Shown in pieces: positions 50,370 through 60,441 of a stretch of 64,000 nucleotides of DNA. Source of the stretch: a virus. The DNA lies in IMG/VR virus record IMGVR_UViG_3300008255_000002; one strand, given 5' to 3'. A model generated the notes under the pieces. It was given only the letters and a program-made list of their open reading frames with translations. It ran no database searches and was not told where the DNA came from. How positions within the stretch are numbered: the first letter of the stretch is position 1; every line of letters starts with the position of its first letter. The translations under genes and the position numbers were made by a program.

Positions 50370-51142
50370 TATTTAATGTGATATTGTTTGCTTTCTTTTT
50401 TCGCCATATATTGAATTTTATTGATGATATCTCCCTCTAATTCACCTTCTGGATCTTTTCCAGTATTTCCTCCAAGCGCAAGATAAAGTTTGCGATTCAC
50501 TAACATATCGTTTGAATTATCGCTATACATGACCAAAGAAATATATTCTAATTCATCGTTATACGATTTATCAAGTCTTTCCGAAAAATCTTCTGGTATG
50601 GTATAACCACTAACAATAAAATAAACAAACATAGAATCAAATCGTTTAATATTAATATCATATAGATATTCTTTGGATTGATTCTTTTCAATTACAAAAT
50701 TGATTTTATAAAGCATTTTCACTTTATGTTTTGTAAAGATTGATGTGATTTCTTTACTAAATGAATAATTGTGATTATTAAGAAGAAAAACTATATTTGT
50801 TGGATGGATTTTTTGTTGGTTGATCGATAAAATTGTGTCTTCTAATTCTTTAATAGAGGTAGATTCGTTAACATATACCATAACCCCATAGTTTACTTTT
50901 GTTTCTTCAATAACAATAGACTTGGTTTGTTCTACAGAATTATAAAGAGTTGTTGTGTGCCGATTACATTTTCGATCAAAGAAAAAAGACCCTTCATCTT
51001 CATCACGAAAAACATCAACTGTGTTTCGTAATTTTTCAGGACGCCCAAACTCACATCCAATTTGCATATTTTGATTATCTCTAATTTGAAATACGCATTC
51101 TTTACAAGACTGTTTCATTTCTTCAATGTTATACCCGCTCAT
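50357..51142 (-). CDS. Degenerate GT2-like protein with Cys-containing N-terminus
   Basis: SCKECVF...GC...C; LEDTILSINQQ...P..IVF; no DxD. Confidence 0.45.
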   Translation of the reverse strand: MSGYNIEEMKQSCKECVFQIRDNQNMQIGCEFGRPEKLRNTVDVFRDEDEGSFFFDRKCNRHTTTLYNSVEQTKSIVIEETKVNYGVMVYVNESTSIKELEDTILSINQQKIHPTNIVFLLNNHNYSFSKEITSIFTKHKVKMLYKINFVIEKNQSKEYLYDINIKRFDSMFVYFIVSGYTIPEDFSERLDKSYNDELEYISLVMYSDNSNDMLVNRKLYLALGGNTGKDPEGELEGDIINKIQYMAKKESKQYHIKYWSR

Positions 51143-51143
51143 A

Positions 51144-51605
51144 TTAACCCTCTCTAACCAAAGTTAAATAATATCTATTGTTTTCAACTGATTTTTTTAC
51201 AATTTTAAAATTTTTAGTAACTAACGATAATAACTGTTGTATTGATGTTATGGAATTTATATAAGATAAAATTTTATTAAAATCCTGTAATGATGTCGTT
51301 TTATTTCTAATGTTATATAGTAATAAATCTAACTCATAACCAACGATAGTTAACGTGCCGCCAATTGCCGTTTTCTTAAATAAATCCGTTAGGTGTAATA
51401 CAGAACTTTCATAATCCATACTGTCTAATGTATGATATGAATAAAGATTATTTACTTCTCCATCATCGATATCGCTCCAAAAATCATTTGCATCGGCAAC
51501 ATAGCTAGCTCTAGCTTCTGGTTTATGAATCATATCTATATGTATATAATCAACTAATTCTGGAATATCAACCTCTAATTTATTTGTTAATAATATATTG
51601 ATCAT
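51144..51605 (-). CDS. Methyltransferase-fold-like hypothetical protein
   Basis: HTLD...L..L......GGTLTI pattern; SAM motif not evident. Confidence 0.35.
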   Translation of the reverse strand: MINILLTNKLEVDIPELVDYIHIDMIHKPEARASYVADANDFWSDIDDGEVNNLYSYHTLDSMDYESSVLHLTDLFKKTAIGGTLTIVGYELDLLLYNIRNKTTSLQDFNKILSYINSITSIQQLLSLVTKNFKIVKKSVENNRYYLTLVREG

Positions 51606-52618
51606 TTATTTCCTCTATATGGTAAATCTGCCACTGTTCTTATAACATTATTCCAATTATTAATATAATCATTTAGATTGAATTTATTTAATATGAGTTG
51701 TCGGGCGGCTTCCCCAAGACGTTTGATCTCTGTTGGATTATTTAATAGTGTTATTGTTTTTTGTTTTAATTCCTCTGGGTTATTAGACGCAACACAATTA
51801 ACACCATCAACAAAGAAATCTGGAATTGCACAAGTTAATGTTGTGGAGATTGCACAACCACATGCAGCAGATTCGAGTAACGAATGAGGAATTGGTGAAA
51901 AAGTGCTTGTATTAAGGAATATTGTTGATGATTGATAATGATTTAATAGTTCATATTGATCTTTTGCGGGAAGTGATAATCCTGGAGTATTTCCAATAAT
52001 TTTAAATGGTATATCTTTAACAATATGTTTCCAAATTGGAAATCCTAGTAGTGGTCCGCGATTAACAAAATCATTTGCCACACTTAATACATGGTTTTCT
52101 TTTAATACATTTGGGTCTGGTTTAAAAAAATCTGTATCAATTCCATGATAAATTACAATCGCTTCATCGTCTTTATATCCCCAAGATTTTTTACTATAAT
52201 CCGTAATAAAAATTTTCACATCTACAGGGATACTTCTATAGAAATCATATGTATTTTGATCTCTAAGGACCATATCACAATGTTCAAGAGATATTACAGG
52301 AATATGTAAATATTGAGAAATTTGTATTGCTTTTTGACTGTGAGCTAATGTATTTTGTATAAGAATTAAATCATAATCAAGCTTTGGGATATTTTTTATA
52401 TCCCCTTTAATATCAAATCTATGATAGTTATCGGGAACCTCTCGATATTTTGTGTCCCATTTTTTTAAGCCGTCCCACCATAAACTATACCATTCTGTAT
52501 TTGGAATTCTGCATTGTTCTGTTTGAACAGCTTCGTGTGTATCCCATGTTAATATTCGTAATGGATTATCTTTTCTTATCGCTTGTCTAATCACACTTCT
52601 AATAGCTCTATCACTCAT
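51602..52618 (-). CDS. Family 4 (GT-B) glycosyltransferase
   Basis: VIYHGIDTDFFKP, FLNTSTFSPIPHSLLESAACG. Confidence 0.9.
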   Translation of the reverse strand: MSDRAIRSVIRQAIRKDNPLRILTWDTHEAVQTEQCRIPNTEWYSLWWDGLKKWDTKYREVPDNYHRFDIKGDIKNIPKLDYDLILIQNTLAHSQKAIQISQYLHIPVISLEHCDMVLRDQNTYDFYRSIPVDVKIFITDYSKKSWGYKDDEAIVIYHGIDTDFFKPDPNVLKENHVLSVANDFVNRGPLLGFPIWKHIVKDIPFKIIGNTPGLSLPAKDQYELLNHYQSSTIFLNTSTFSPIPHSLLESAACGCAISTTLTCAIPDFFVDGVNCVASNNPEELKQKTITLLNNPTEIKRLGEAARQLILNKFNLNDYINNWNNVIRTVADLPYRGNK

Positions 52619-52781
52619 AATTTTCCTCAAATTCATTAAAATTACAAACTTGTAGTTCTACTTCTCCGTTTTTATATCCTAGAAATAAACCAGTTCCATT
52701 TCCAAAATCTTCTTTCAATATACATATTGTATTTTCATCAAAGTATGATGTTTTTTTTGTAATATAGATTTTTGTTATCAT

Positions 52782-52985
52782 TTATAATTGTATCCTTGGT
52801 TCATACAATTCAACTTCTTTAGAAATCTCTTTAACGATTTGTTTCCAATAACCCTGATCTGATAAGCTTTCCTCTAAATCAAAGTATACTTTATCTGCAT
52901 TTTTTAAACAACTATAAGTATAAAATACATTTTCAAGATTCTTCCACATAATATATACTTTCATATAGTTCAAAGTTGTGCTCAT
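52782..52985 (-). CDS. Hypothetical protein
   Basis: Short ORF in operon tiling. Confidence 0.45.
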   Translation of the reverse strand: MSTTLNYMKVYIMWKNLENVFYTYSCLKNADKVYFDLEESLSDQGYWKQIVKEISKEVELYEPRIQL

Positions 52986-53118
52986 TCAAACCATCTCTAC
53001 AACGATATATTTTATATTGCTTTGGATTTTCTCTAATAAAGTGTTCTGCCCAATATTTTTTGGTATAGGCTTTAATTGGAGTGTTATCTAATTTTGTTAT
53101 TAAATATATATATTTCAT
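52933..53118 (-). CDS. Hypothetical protein
   Basis: Short ORF in operon tiling. Confidence 0.45.
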   Translation of the reverse strand: MKYIYLITKLDNTPIKAYTKKYWAEHFIRENPKQYKIYRCRDGLNEHNFELYESIYYVEES

Positions 53119-53215
53119 TTTTTGTTATGTATTACAACGAGTTCTTGATAACGATTAGTGAATCTTTTTTCTTTAGAAAAAAATAAATTATCATATTCGA
53201 TTTTAATTTCTAAAC

Positions 53216-53836
53216 TCATAATAAATCATCTCTAACAAAAAAATCGTCAATCTCAAAGAATTTTTCGTGTATGTAGCCTAATTCTTTCATAAATTGTCGT
53301 AATTCACTTTGTTGTGGTTCCTCTTTATTCTCAACTGTCAGCACTCTGATATTGTACTTTTCCCAAGGAAAAGCTTTCAGAATACTTAATTCACTTCCTT
53401 CCGTATCAAGAGAAAAATAATCTATGGTTTTGGGCGCATTATATTTTTCTAGTAGCTCTAGCGGCGTAATACATTCTTTTTCTACTGTTGTGAAACCATC
53501 CCAGTAACTAATCGAAGTTGCCCATAACTTATGTTCGTCACTACATTCATCTTCAATCCCCCCTAATAAACTACCTTCAATAAAACTAATTTTTTGGTTA
53601 GAGGAATATAATACTTTATTTTCGGCGTAAGCCTTGCGATTATTAACTAAATCTAAATATAGTGAAGTATTTGGTTCTACAAGAATTCCATTCCACCTAT
53701 AAAAATTTTCTAATAGATACGTGTTACTAAATTGAATTCCGTCTGCCGCGCCACAATCAAGAAAGAAACCATTTCGTTTATTATTCAGTTTCTCTAAAAC
53801 CCATTGTTCTTGTCCGATTTGTGAAAAACTTTTCAT
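53216..53836 (-). CDS. FkbM-family methyltransferase
   Basis: SQIGQE, FLDCGAADG..SNT, LVEPN, IDYFSLDTEGSE. Confidence 0.9.
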   Translation of the reverse strand: MKSFSQIGQEQWVLEKLNNKRNGFFLDCGAADGIQFSNTYLLENFYRWNGILVEPNTSLYLDLVNNRKAYAENKVLYSSNQKISFIEGSLLGGIEDECSDEHKLWATSISYWDGFTTVEKECITPLELLEKYNAPKTIDYFSLDTEGSELSILKAFPWEKYNIRVLTVENKEEPQQSELRQFMKELGYIHEKFFEIDDFFVRDDLL

Positions 53837-53990
53837 TCAAATACCTCTATTTCATCAATGAATAAATATTTTCTATCATTACCTCTTTCAACAAGATTAT
53901 TTCTGATACGCTCAAGTATTAATTTATTTTTTGAAACGCCAGCAACCCAAAAATTTTCTTTATCCTCATCTAAATAATATAATAAATACA

Positions 53991-54618
53991 TTATAATTTT
54001 AAATCCTTATGGTAATAGAATTCGTCTGGTGGCACATACTTATCTAAAATATATCCTAAATCTGTTAATAGATTTCTGATTTTTGTTTTGTTTGGTTCGT
54101 GATTATTTTCAACCGTGATTAATCTAACTGAATATTTATCCCAAGGGAAACATTCTAAGATTTTGAATTCACTACCCTCGCAATCTAATGATAAATAATC
54201 AATAGTTTTTGGACAATTAAAATGATCTAGGATTTTTAATGGAGTTAAACATCTTTTTGTTTTTAGTGTTGTTTCGTCCCATGATGTTTCTTTTTTTAAT
54301 CCACTCTTTATGAAAATCAGCACATTCCTCTAATACACCCCCGATTTGCCCGCCTTGTTCGATGAAGTCAACTAAACCATTTTTATTATAAACGACTACA
54401 TTTTCACAATAACACATTAGACGATTTATAATTAATTGGTTAAACACTTCTGTATTTGGTTCTACGTAAATACCAACCCAATCATAATCCTTCTCTAATA
54501 AATATGTATTGTTGATGTGTACTCCATCCCACGCGCCCCAATCAAGAAAGTATCCATTAGTTTTATATCTAAGTTTTTCTAAAACCCATAAGTCTTGGGC
54601 GACTTGACTATAACTCAT
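53991..54618 (-). CDS. FkbM-family methyltransferase, frameshifted at T7 run 54291-54297
   Basis: N-half (54217..54618) plus C-half (53991..54323) align end to end with the 53216 paralog when one base is removed. Confidence 0.85.
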
Positions 54619-54691
54619 GTTTTCTTCCTTTTAACATAATCGAGAAGTGTTAGTTTCTGTAAAAATAAGATTGTCATCTTTGATTTCTAAT

Positions 54692-55810
54692 TCAATCATT
54701 TAAAATCTTCAAAAAATCTACCCCAACATTTTCATAAGAATAATGATCCATACCTTTTCTTAAAAAATCTTTAGTTATACTTGATTGATTTTTTTTATCA
54801 TTATATACTCTTTGCATTATTTTAACTAATTCTATTATATCTAATTGCCACCATGTATTACGAGAATTATATATGCCATTTGGGGAATTTGGATCATTCG
54901 CCGGAACTAGATTAGTAGAAACGCCACAAAAGTCTGTATTAAGCATCCAATCATTAAAAGCTGTATGCATTCCTGCAATTAAGTTATTACCATGTGCGAT
55001 TTGTGCTTCCCATGCCGGAATACACCATGCTTCTCCATGACTAGTTGTTACAAAACAATCGCAATCATTGTGGATTGCTTGAATTGCATCTTCTGGCAAT
55101 CTATGAACAATTAAAATCTCTTTCTTGTAATCTTCTAACGATGGATATAATCCCATACTTAATTTAATAGCATTGCAAAATTCACTGATAATTTTAAGTG
55201 ATTCTTCGGGTGATTTTCCAGGAACATTTGATTTAATAATTAATTGAACAAGATCACTTGGATGGAACGCTAGATGAAACGCCCTAATTAAAGTTTCGTA
55301 ATCCTTACGCGTAACAAATTCACCGATTGTATAAAAAAGAAAATCGTTTTGATAATTTTTACGTAATTCAGTTGGTTTATATTCTTTTCTATATTTATTA
55401 ATATCAAATGTATGCGGCAACACGTAAATAGGAACATTGACCCCACTATTTTTAAGTGCTGATTTTCCAGAATTTGTAAATGTAATAATAGTATCCATCA
55501 TATTGCATTTGTACACCCACTCTAAAGGAACACTATTAGTTTCGATAGCTACCATCCCAATATTTTTACGAAAATTTCCATCGTATTCATAAAAAGTTGG
55601 TAGTGTATGTTGAATACAAACATCACATCCATCAGAAATTTTATCTTCTAAATTTTCAATTGTTTTTGGTATTGGTTCCTTGTTGTTGTTTAATCTAAAT
55701 GGTCGAGCAACCACATCAATACCAATATGATTAAGTGCAAGGATGTAGTTTTCTGCCGCTTCTCCATATCCTGTTTTGTCTCTATAATGACCTATATAAA
55801 GTATTTTCAT
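54692..55810 (-). CDS. Family 4 (GT-B) glycosyltransferase
   Basis: TGYGEAA, RKDYETL, CDCFVTTSHGEAWCIPAWEA. Confidence 0.9.
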   Translation of the reverse strand: MKILYIGHYRDKTGYGEAAENYILALNHIGIDVVARPFRLNNNKEPIPKTIENLEDKISDGCDVCIQHTLPTFYEYDGNFRKNIGMVAIETNSVPLEWVYKCNMMDTIITFTNSGKSALKNSGVNVPIYVLPHTFDINKYRKEYKPTELRKNYQNDFLFYTIGEFVTRKDYETLIRAFHLAFHPSDLVQLIIKSNVPGKSPEESLKIISEFCNAIKLSMGLYPSLEDYKKEILIVHRLPEDAIQAIHNDCDCFVTTSHGEAWCIPAWEAQIAHGNNLIAGMHTAFNDWMLNTDFCGVSTNLVPANDPNSPNGIYNSRNTWWQLDIIELVKIMQRVYNDKKNQSSITKDFLRKGMDHYSYENVGVDFLKILND

Positions 55811-56547
55811 TTTGTTTTTTTAACTCCTGCCCTTTTTAATATTTCTACCACACTATCTTTTGGTATTTGTAGTTTTTTTGCAATTTCTTTAATTTGTATT
55901 CCATCTCTACGTAATTGAATTATTTTATTGATCTCATCTTCTTTATATTTTCTTTTATCATAATCTGGATTTCTTGGAGTATAATTATTATCAATCCATG
56001 TTAAATTTAGACAAATGTTTCTAGAGTTAGATTTTGAAATATTGTATATTTTTCCTATACTTGTCATGTCCATTCCGTCAAGATACAATCTTCTTATTTC
56101 CTTAACTTGAAACCATTTTAATTTATTTGAAGGTGCATCCTCTCCCTTACTTCCATACTTTCTTCCTCTTCCCTTTCTTGACATATCTTTCATATTATCT
56201 GAATTTGTACCTAAGAAAATATGATCTGGTCTTACACATTTCACATTATCACATGTATGACAACAAAGCATCCCATTAGGAATTTCTTTATAGTATAGGA
56301 CAGCAGAAAATTTATGAGCTACAAGACATTTAGATATTCTTCTAAAACTAAATGTTCCATATCCCGAATCGCCCAAACAACCCCTCCACTCCCAACAATC
56401 GCCATTTGGACCCAACCCAGGTTTAAAGCTAACCTTACTCCAAAATCTACAAATGTCTTTATCGGTTACATTTGCTGTTTTATTATTTATGGTTATTTCC
56501 ATTATTTTTTTACCAAGAATTCTCCACCACTCAATTTTATTATTCAC
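55807..56547 (-). CDS. HNH homing endonuclease with HTH tail
   Basis: RFWSKV, CWEW, GYG, AHK, CHTCDNVKCVRPDHIFLGTNSDN. Confidence 0.9.
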   Translation of the reverse strand: MNNKIEWWRILGKKIMEITINNKTANVTDKDICRFWSKVSFKPGLGPNGDCWEWRGCLGDSGYGTFSFRRISKCLVAHKFSAVLYYKEIPNGMLCCHTCDNVKCVRPDHIFLGTNSDNMKDMSRKGRGRKYGSKGEDAPSNKLKWFQVKEIRRLYLDGMDMTSIGKIYNISKSNSRNICLNLTWIDNNYTPRNPDYDKRKYKEDEINKIIQLRRDGIQIKEIAKKLQIPKDSVVEILKRAGVKKTK

Positions 56548-57034
56548 TCCAACTAATACCTCTACATATTCTTGATACTTGAGATTTTCCCAAATTGAAA
56601 AAATCTGCTAGTTGAGTATAATTCATCCCTTTTTTATTTAATTTTCGCATATCATCGACCTTTTCTTGCGTAAGTTTTGCTCTACCATTTTTATCTCCTA
56701 ATAAGATTGCGCTACGTTTTTTGTTAACCATATCTTTCATATTTTGTTCATGTGTCCCCATCCATATATGATACGGGTTTACACAACTTTTTTGATCGCA
56801 CATATGACAACCAAACAATTCTTTAGGTATAGACCCAAATGTAAGAGCGTAATTGAAACGATGTGCCGTATAATACTTTCCATTAAAATAGAAACGTCCA
56901 TATCCATTATCTTTTTGTTGACATTTCCAAATCCAACAACCAGTTTCGTAATCTATATTAATTTTTGAATAAAATCTAATAATATCTTTTTGTTGAATTT
57001 TTAATTCTTCTTCATTATATAATATTGTTTTCAA
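56540..57034 (-). CDS. HNH homing endonuclease with HTH tail
   Basis: CWIW, GYG, AHR, CHMCDQKSCVNPYHIWMGTHEQN. Confidence 0.9.
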   Translation of the reverse strand: MKTILYNEEELKIQQKDIIRFYSKINIDYETGCWIWKCQQKDNGYGRFYFNGKYYTAHRFNYALTFGSIPKELFGCHMCDQKSCVNPYHIWMGTHEQNMKDMVNKKRSAILLGDKNGRAKLTQEKVDDMRKLNKKGMNYTQLADFFNLGKSQVSRICRGISWSE

Positions 57035-57236
57035 TTAAAAAAATCCTAATTGTTAAAATGATACCCAAAATAATAGTTGAAAATATAAAAAAACTACAAA
57101 ATAGATTAAAAAGCATTAATTTGGTAATAAAACTAGTTAATTTATCACTTTTGTCTGAAAAAATATCATATAAAATAAAAGTTGTTATGCATAATATATT
57201 GATACATATATAACTTCTTAGTATTAATAACTCCAT
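57015..57236 (-). CDS. Small membrane protein
   Basis: Two hydrophobic segments, TAATG coupling to guaC. Confidence 0.5.
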   Translation of the reverse strand: MELLILRSYICINILCITTFILYDIFSDKSDKLTSFITKLMLFNLFCSFFIFSTIILGIILTIRIFLIENNII

Positions 57237-58738
57237 TATCTTACCCTTATAAAATTAGCATTATTACGTAATTCTATTAAATTTTTAGAATTTGTATATG
57301 TGCATGTAGACCTTAGCCCTCCAAGAAAATCTTGAACAACATCATTAATAGATCCTTTATAATCTACTAAACTAACCTTCCCTTCAGATGCTCTATAAAA
57401 CTGTTGATTATTATACTTTTTCATAGCTTCTGAACTTGCCATTCCGTAAATTTGATGATATTTTTTATGACCATTCTCATCATATATCCATTCTCCATCA
57501 CATTCTTCGCACCCTCCAAACATAGATCCAATCATTATAAAATCTACCCCAGCCGCAAAGGCTTTAGCGGCATCTCCAGAAGTTTTAATCCCACCATCTC
57601 CACACACATATATATTATGTTCGTGTGCTAATTGAACACAATCAATAATTGTTGATAATTGTGGAACACCTACCCCTGTAACTTTTCTGGTTTGACATTG
57701 AGAACCTGGACCAATACCAACCTTAATAATTTTAATACCTAATTTTATTAAGTCTGAAAAACCGCTTGGGGTACAAACATTACCAACCATTAAATGTGTA
57801 TTTGGTAGTTTTTTTCTAAGTATTTTAACAACATCTCGAAGTTTTCGTATGTATCCATTAGCCACATCAACACATAATAATCTAATAGGGATTTGTTTAT
57901 TTATTTCGTATATTTTTTCTAAATCTAAATCATTTATACCGCAACTAAGAAATATATTATTTGTTATATCTTTTTTTTCTTTCATAAATTTTACTACTTT
58001 ATCTATATCATAATATTTATGCAGACATGTCATCATATTATGATTTTTTGCTAATACTTCTCCTATCTTAAGAGTGCCGCAGAAATCCATATTTGACGCT
58101 ATAATAGGAATAGCATTTATCTCTAAATCATCAAATTTTCTATCTAATACAACTTGAGACCTACTGTCTATATTGCTTAAAATAGGTTCTATTAATACAT
58201 CATCAAAATCAATTTTTTTATTCATAATTCTGTTTTGGTAAAATGAAATTTTTGAGATATGTTCCAAAAATTCTGATTGATTACTAGACCATTTAAATTT
58301 ATTACATTTTCCACAACATGTTACAATATTACTTTTTATATATCCAATATCATTCTTAACTCTATCTATTCCATTATGAATAAAAGAAGATATTTTTTGT
58401 GATGGCAAATTCCCACAATAATAACAATGCTGTTGTGTTAACTCGTAAAATTCTTCTTTTGTTAAATCGAATTCTCTATTACGTTTTAATGCATTTTTTT
58501 TATATGTATTATACATACAATAAAAACCGCCAGGATATTCATCGACAATTCTTCTAATACATCCACAACTTTTCTTGGTTTTTATTTTATGAACTGGAAG
58601 TGGTTTTGTTAAATTATCATAATATCCACATTTACATATCCATAAATGTCTTCCTTTTTCTTTTTTACCTACATATTCTACAACCTTAGGTTTGCCGAAT
58701 TTTTTTTCTAATAAACCTTTTTTATACTTTATCGGCAT
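57236..58738 (-). CDS. guaC: GMP reductase with in-frame N-terminal HNH endonuclease-like domain
   Basis: From Met at 58225: DFDDVLI, ASNMD, DVANGY, KVGIGPGSQCQTR, DGG, YGMAS, YRASEGK; upstream 171 aa has SCGC, CYYCG, GIDR..N..GY...N.V.CC..CN. Confidence 0.85.
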   Translation of the reverse strand: MPIKYKKGLLEKKFGKPKVVEYVGKKEKGRHLWICKCGYYDNLTKPLPVHKIKTKKSCGCIRRIVDEYPGGFYCMYNTYKKNALKRNREFDLTKEEFYELTQQHCYYCGNLPSQKISSFIHNGIDRVKNDIGYIKSNIVTCCGKCNKFKWSSNQSEFLEHISKISFYQNRIMNKKIDFDDVLIEPILSNIDSRSQVVLDRKFDDLEINAIPIIASNMDFCGTLKIGEVLAKNHNMMTCLHKYYDIDKVVKFMKEKKDITNNIFLSCGINDLDLEKIYEINKQIPIRLLCVDVANGYIRKLRDVVKILRKKLPNTHLMVGNVCTPSGFSDLIKLGIKIIKVGIGPGSQCQTRKVTGVGVPQLSTIIDCVQLAHEHNIYVCGDGGIKTSGDAAKAFAAGVDFIMIGSMFGGCEECDGEWIYDENGHKKYHQIYGMASSEAMKKYNNQQFYRASEGKVSLVDYKGSINDVVQDFLGGLRSTCTYTNSKNLIELRNNANFIRVR

Positions 58739-60398
58739 TTTGCATCCTTTGGATATATTGTATCCTAGTTATTTCTAACTGATTATATTCCATCCTACGA
58801 TTATATAGTTCTTGTAATAATATATTTCTATCGAAATTTCTTGGGCGATTTTGAGATACAACACTCATATCAGCAAAAATTGTTGTCACGCCACCAGTTA
58901 AATTAACACCGAGATTTAAATATCTGGTAAGTTTCATAGCAAAATAACTATTACATAATTCAGGAAGACCTAAAACATTAGCAATTGCCCAATTTACAAA
59001 TTCATCATTTTTTAAATTATTTGGAATTTGTTTTTTAGGTTCGTGGATTCTTGGCGGGGAAAACCATGTATATCTAATGTCTTTTAGGGGAAGTTGATCG
59101 AATATTTCCATCCACTTATTTGCAGTTGTGTCCCAATTATAATTTTTTCTACATGAAGATGCAACTTCAAATTTACGTTTATTGCGCGGCAACTTAGGTA
59201 AACTTAAATAAGTAATTAACTTATCAACCAAATCTTGTTTGTCTGGAAGTGCGAATAATCTATTTGTTTCAACTTCTCTATAGTAATTTAAAACCTTAAT
59301 AGGATATGCTTTAATTGTTTCTGGGAAATCTTCAAGTGCGGAATAGTTTAAAACAAATCCAGGAATACCAGCAGCAGCAGATTCGACACAAGGAACCTCA
59401 AATCCAGACGCACAACTTAAATGTACATAACAATCGAATAAATTGTAAATTTGATTTAGTTCATCTTCCTCTAACCCAAATTCAACGCCGGGAATAATTA
59501 ACGATGGACTTCCGCACTTTTTACAAACAGCTAATCCATCCTGAAAGAAAGATGGCATATGAGTTTGGCATTTTTTACATTTGTATGAAAATAATACCTT
59601 ATTTGTTAATCCATATTCTTTAAGTAATGTTGGAAGTTCCCATCCCATATCAGGATATGATGTATGTAGATACAGATATGTTTTATTAACTATTTCTTGT
59701 GGTGCCTGCCCACAAAACATTTCAAATGCTTCTAGTAAATCTGGAATTAGTTTTCTTTTTTGATTACGTCCAATAAATCCAAGAATATTAATATCTTCCT
59801 CTAATCCATAGAATTTTCTTAGATTTTTAAGATCCTGGATTGGTTTATAGATATTATAGTCTGGACACGGAGGAACCCAACCTAAATAATTAATATTTGA
59901 ATATTCTTTAAGTAATTCTCCAGCCCACTTAGAATAAGTTAAGATTCCATCAGCTTCAGTAAATGCAGCAATCCATTCATCTGCTTGTGGTTTTGCATCG
60001 ACTGTTGCTTGATGGAATAAATAATAAAATGGGCGAAATGGAGAATCAAACTCAAATCCGCACATAAAAATATCTCTTACGTCAACAACAATATCTGGCA
60101 TCCATTCTATACATACATTATCAAATGAAAATTTACCTAATTGATTAATAGTTGATGAATTAAATCTTTCTTCTTCGCCAGGATTTGGTAAATTAAAAAA
60201 TACTTTCCAGTGGCAATTTGTTTTGCTGTTTTGTGGATCTCCATAAATAGCTAATTCAGCAATTTCATATTTATTTGTTTTATGCCACCTTTCTAATAAA
60301 TTTTTTGTGATACGTGCATATCCTGTATTTAGGTGGTGACTCTCCCCAACAAATAAAATCTTTGGTTTTCTATTATTCATTATCGTAAATTGCTCCAT
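58722..60398 (-). CDS. Family 4 (GT-B) glycosyltransferase with zinc-ribbon insertion
   Basis: TGYA, RNQKRK, CKKC...CKKC, YNLFDCYVHLSCASGFEVPCVESAAAG. Confidence 0.85.
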   Translation of the reverse strand: MEQFTIMNNRKPKILFVGESHHLNTGYARITKNLLERWHKTNKYEIAELAIYGDPQNSKTNCHWKVFFNLPNPGEEERFNSSTINQLGKFSFDNVCIEWMPDIVVDVRDIFMCGFEFDSPFRPFYYLFHQATVDAKPQADEWIAAFTEADGILTYSKWAGELLKEYSNINYLGWVPPCPDYNIYKPIQDLKNLRKFYGLEEDINILGFIGRNQKRKLIPDLLEAFEMFCGQAPQEIVNKTYLYLHTSYPDMGWELPTLLKEYGLTNKVLFSYKCKKCQTHMPSFFQDGLAVCKKCGSPSLIIPGVEFGLEEDELNQIYNLFDCYVHLSCASGFEVPCVESAAAGIPGFVLNYSALEDFPETIKAYPIKVLNYYREVETNRLFALPDKQDLVDKLITYLSLPKLPRNKRKFEVASSCRKNYNWDTTANKWMEIFDQLPLKDIRYTWFSPPRIHEPKKQIPNNLKNDEFVNWAIANVLGLPELCNSYFAMKLTRYLNLGVNLTGGVTTIFADMSVVSQNRPRNFDRNILLQELYNRRMEYNQLEITRIQYIQRMQNADKV

Positions 60399-60441
60399 AT
60401 TCTATCTTAGTTTTCATAAGTCTTTTCGCTGTAACATGTTA

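Noticed and set aside
54291-54297. Classic A_AAA_AAG -1 ribosomal frameshift in FkbM
   Set aside because: The run is in the wrong phase and the required correction is +1, not -1
58226-58738. Intein or intron explaining the HNH-GuaC fusion
   Set aside because: Domain is N-terminal rather than internal, lacks splicing motifs, and GuaC is uninterrupted
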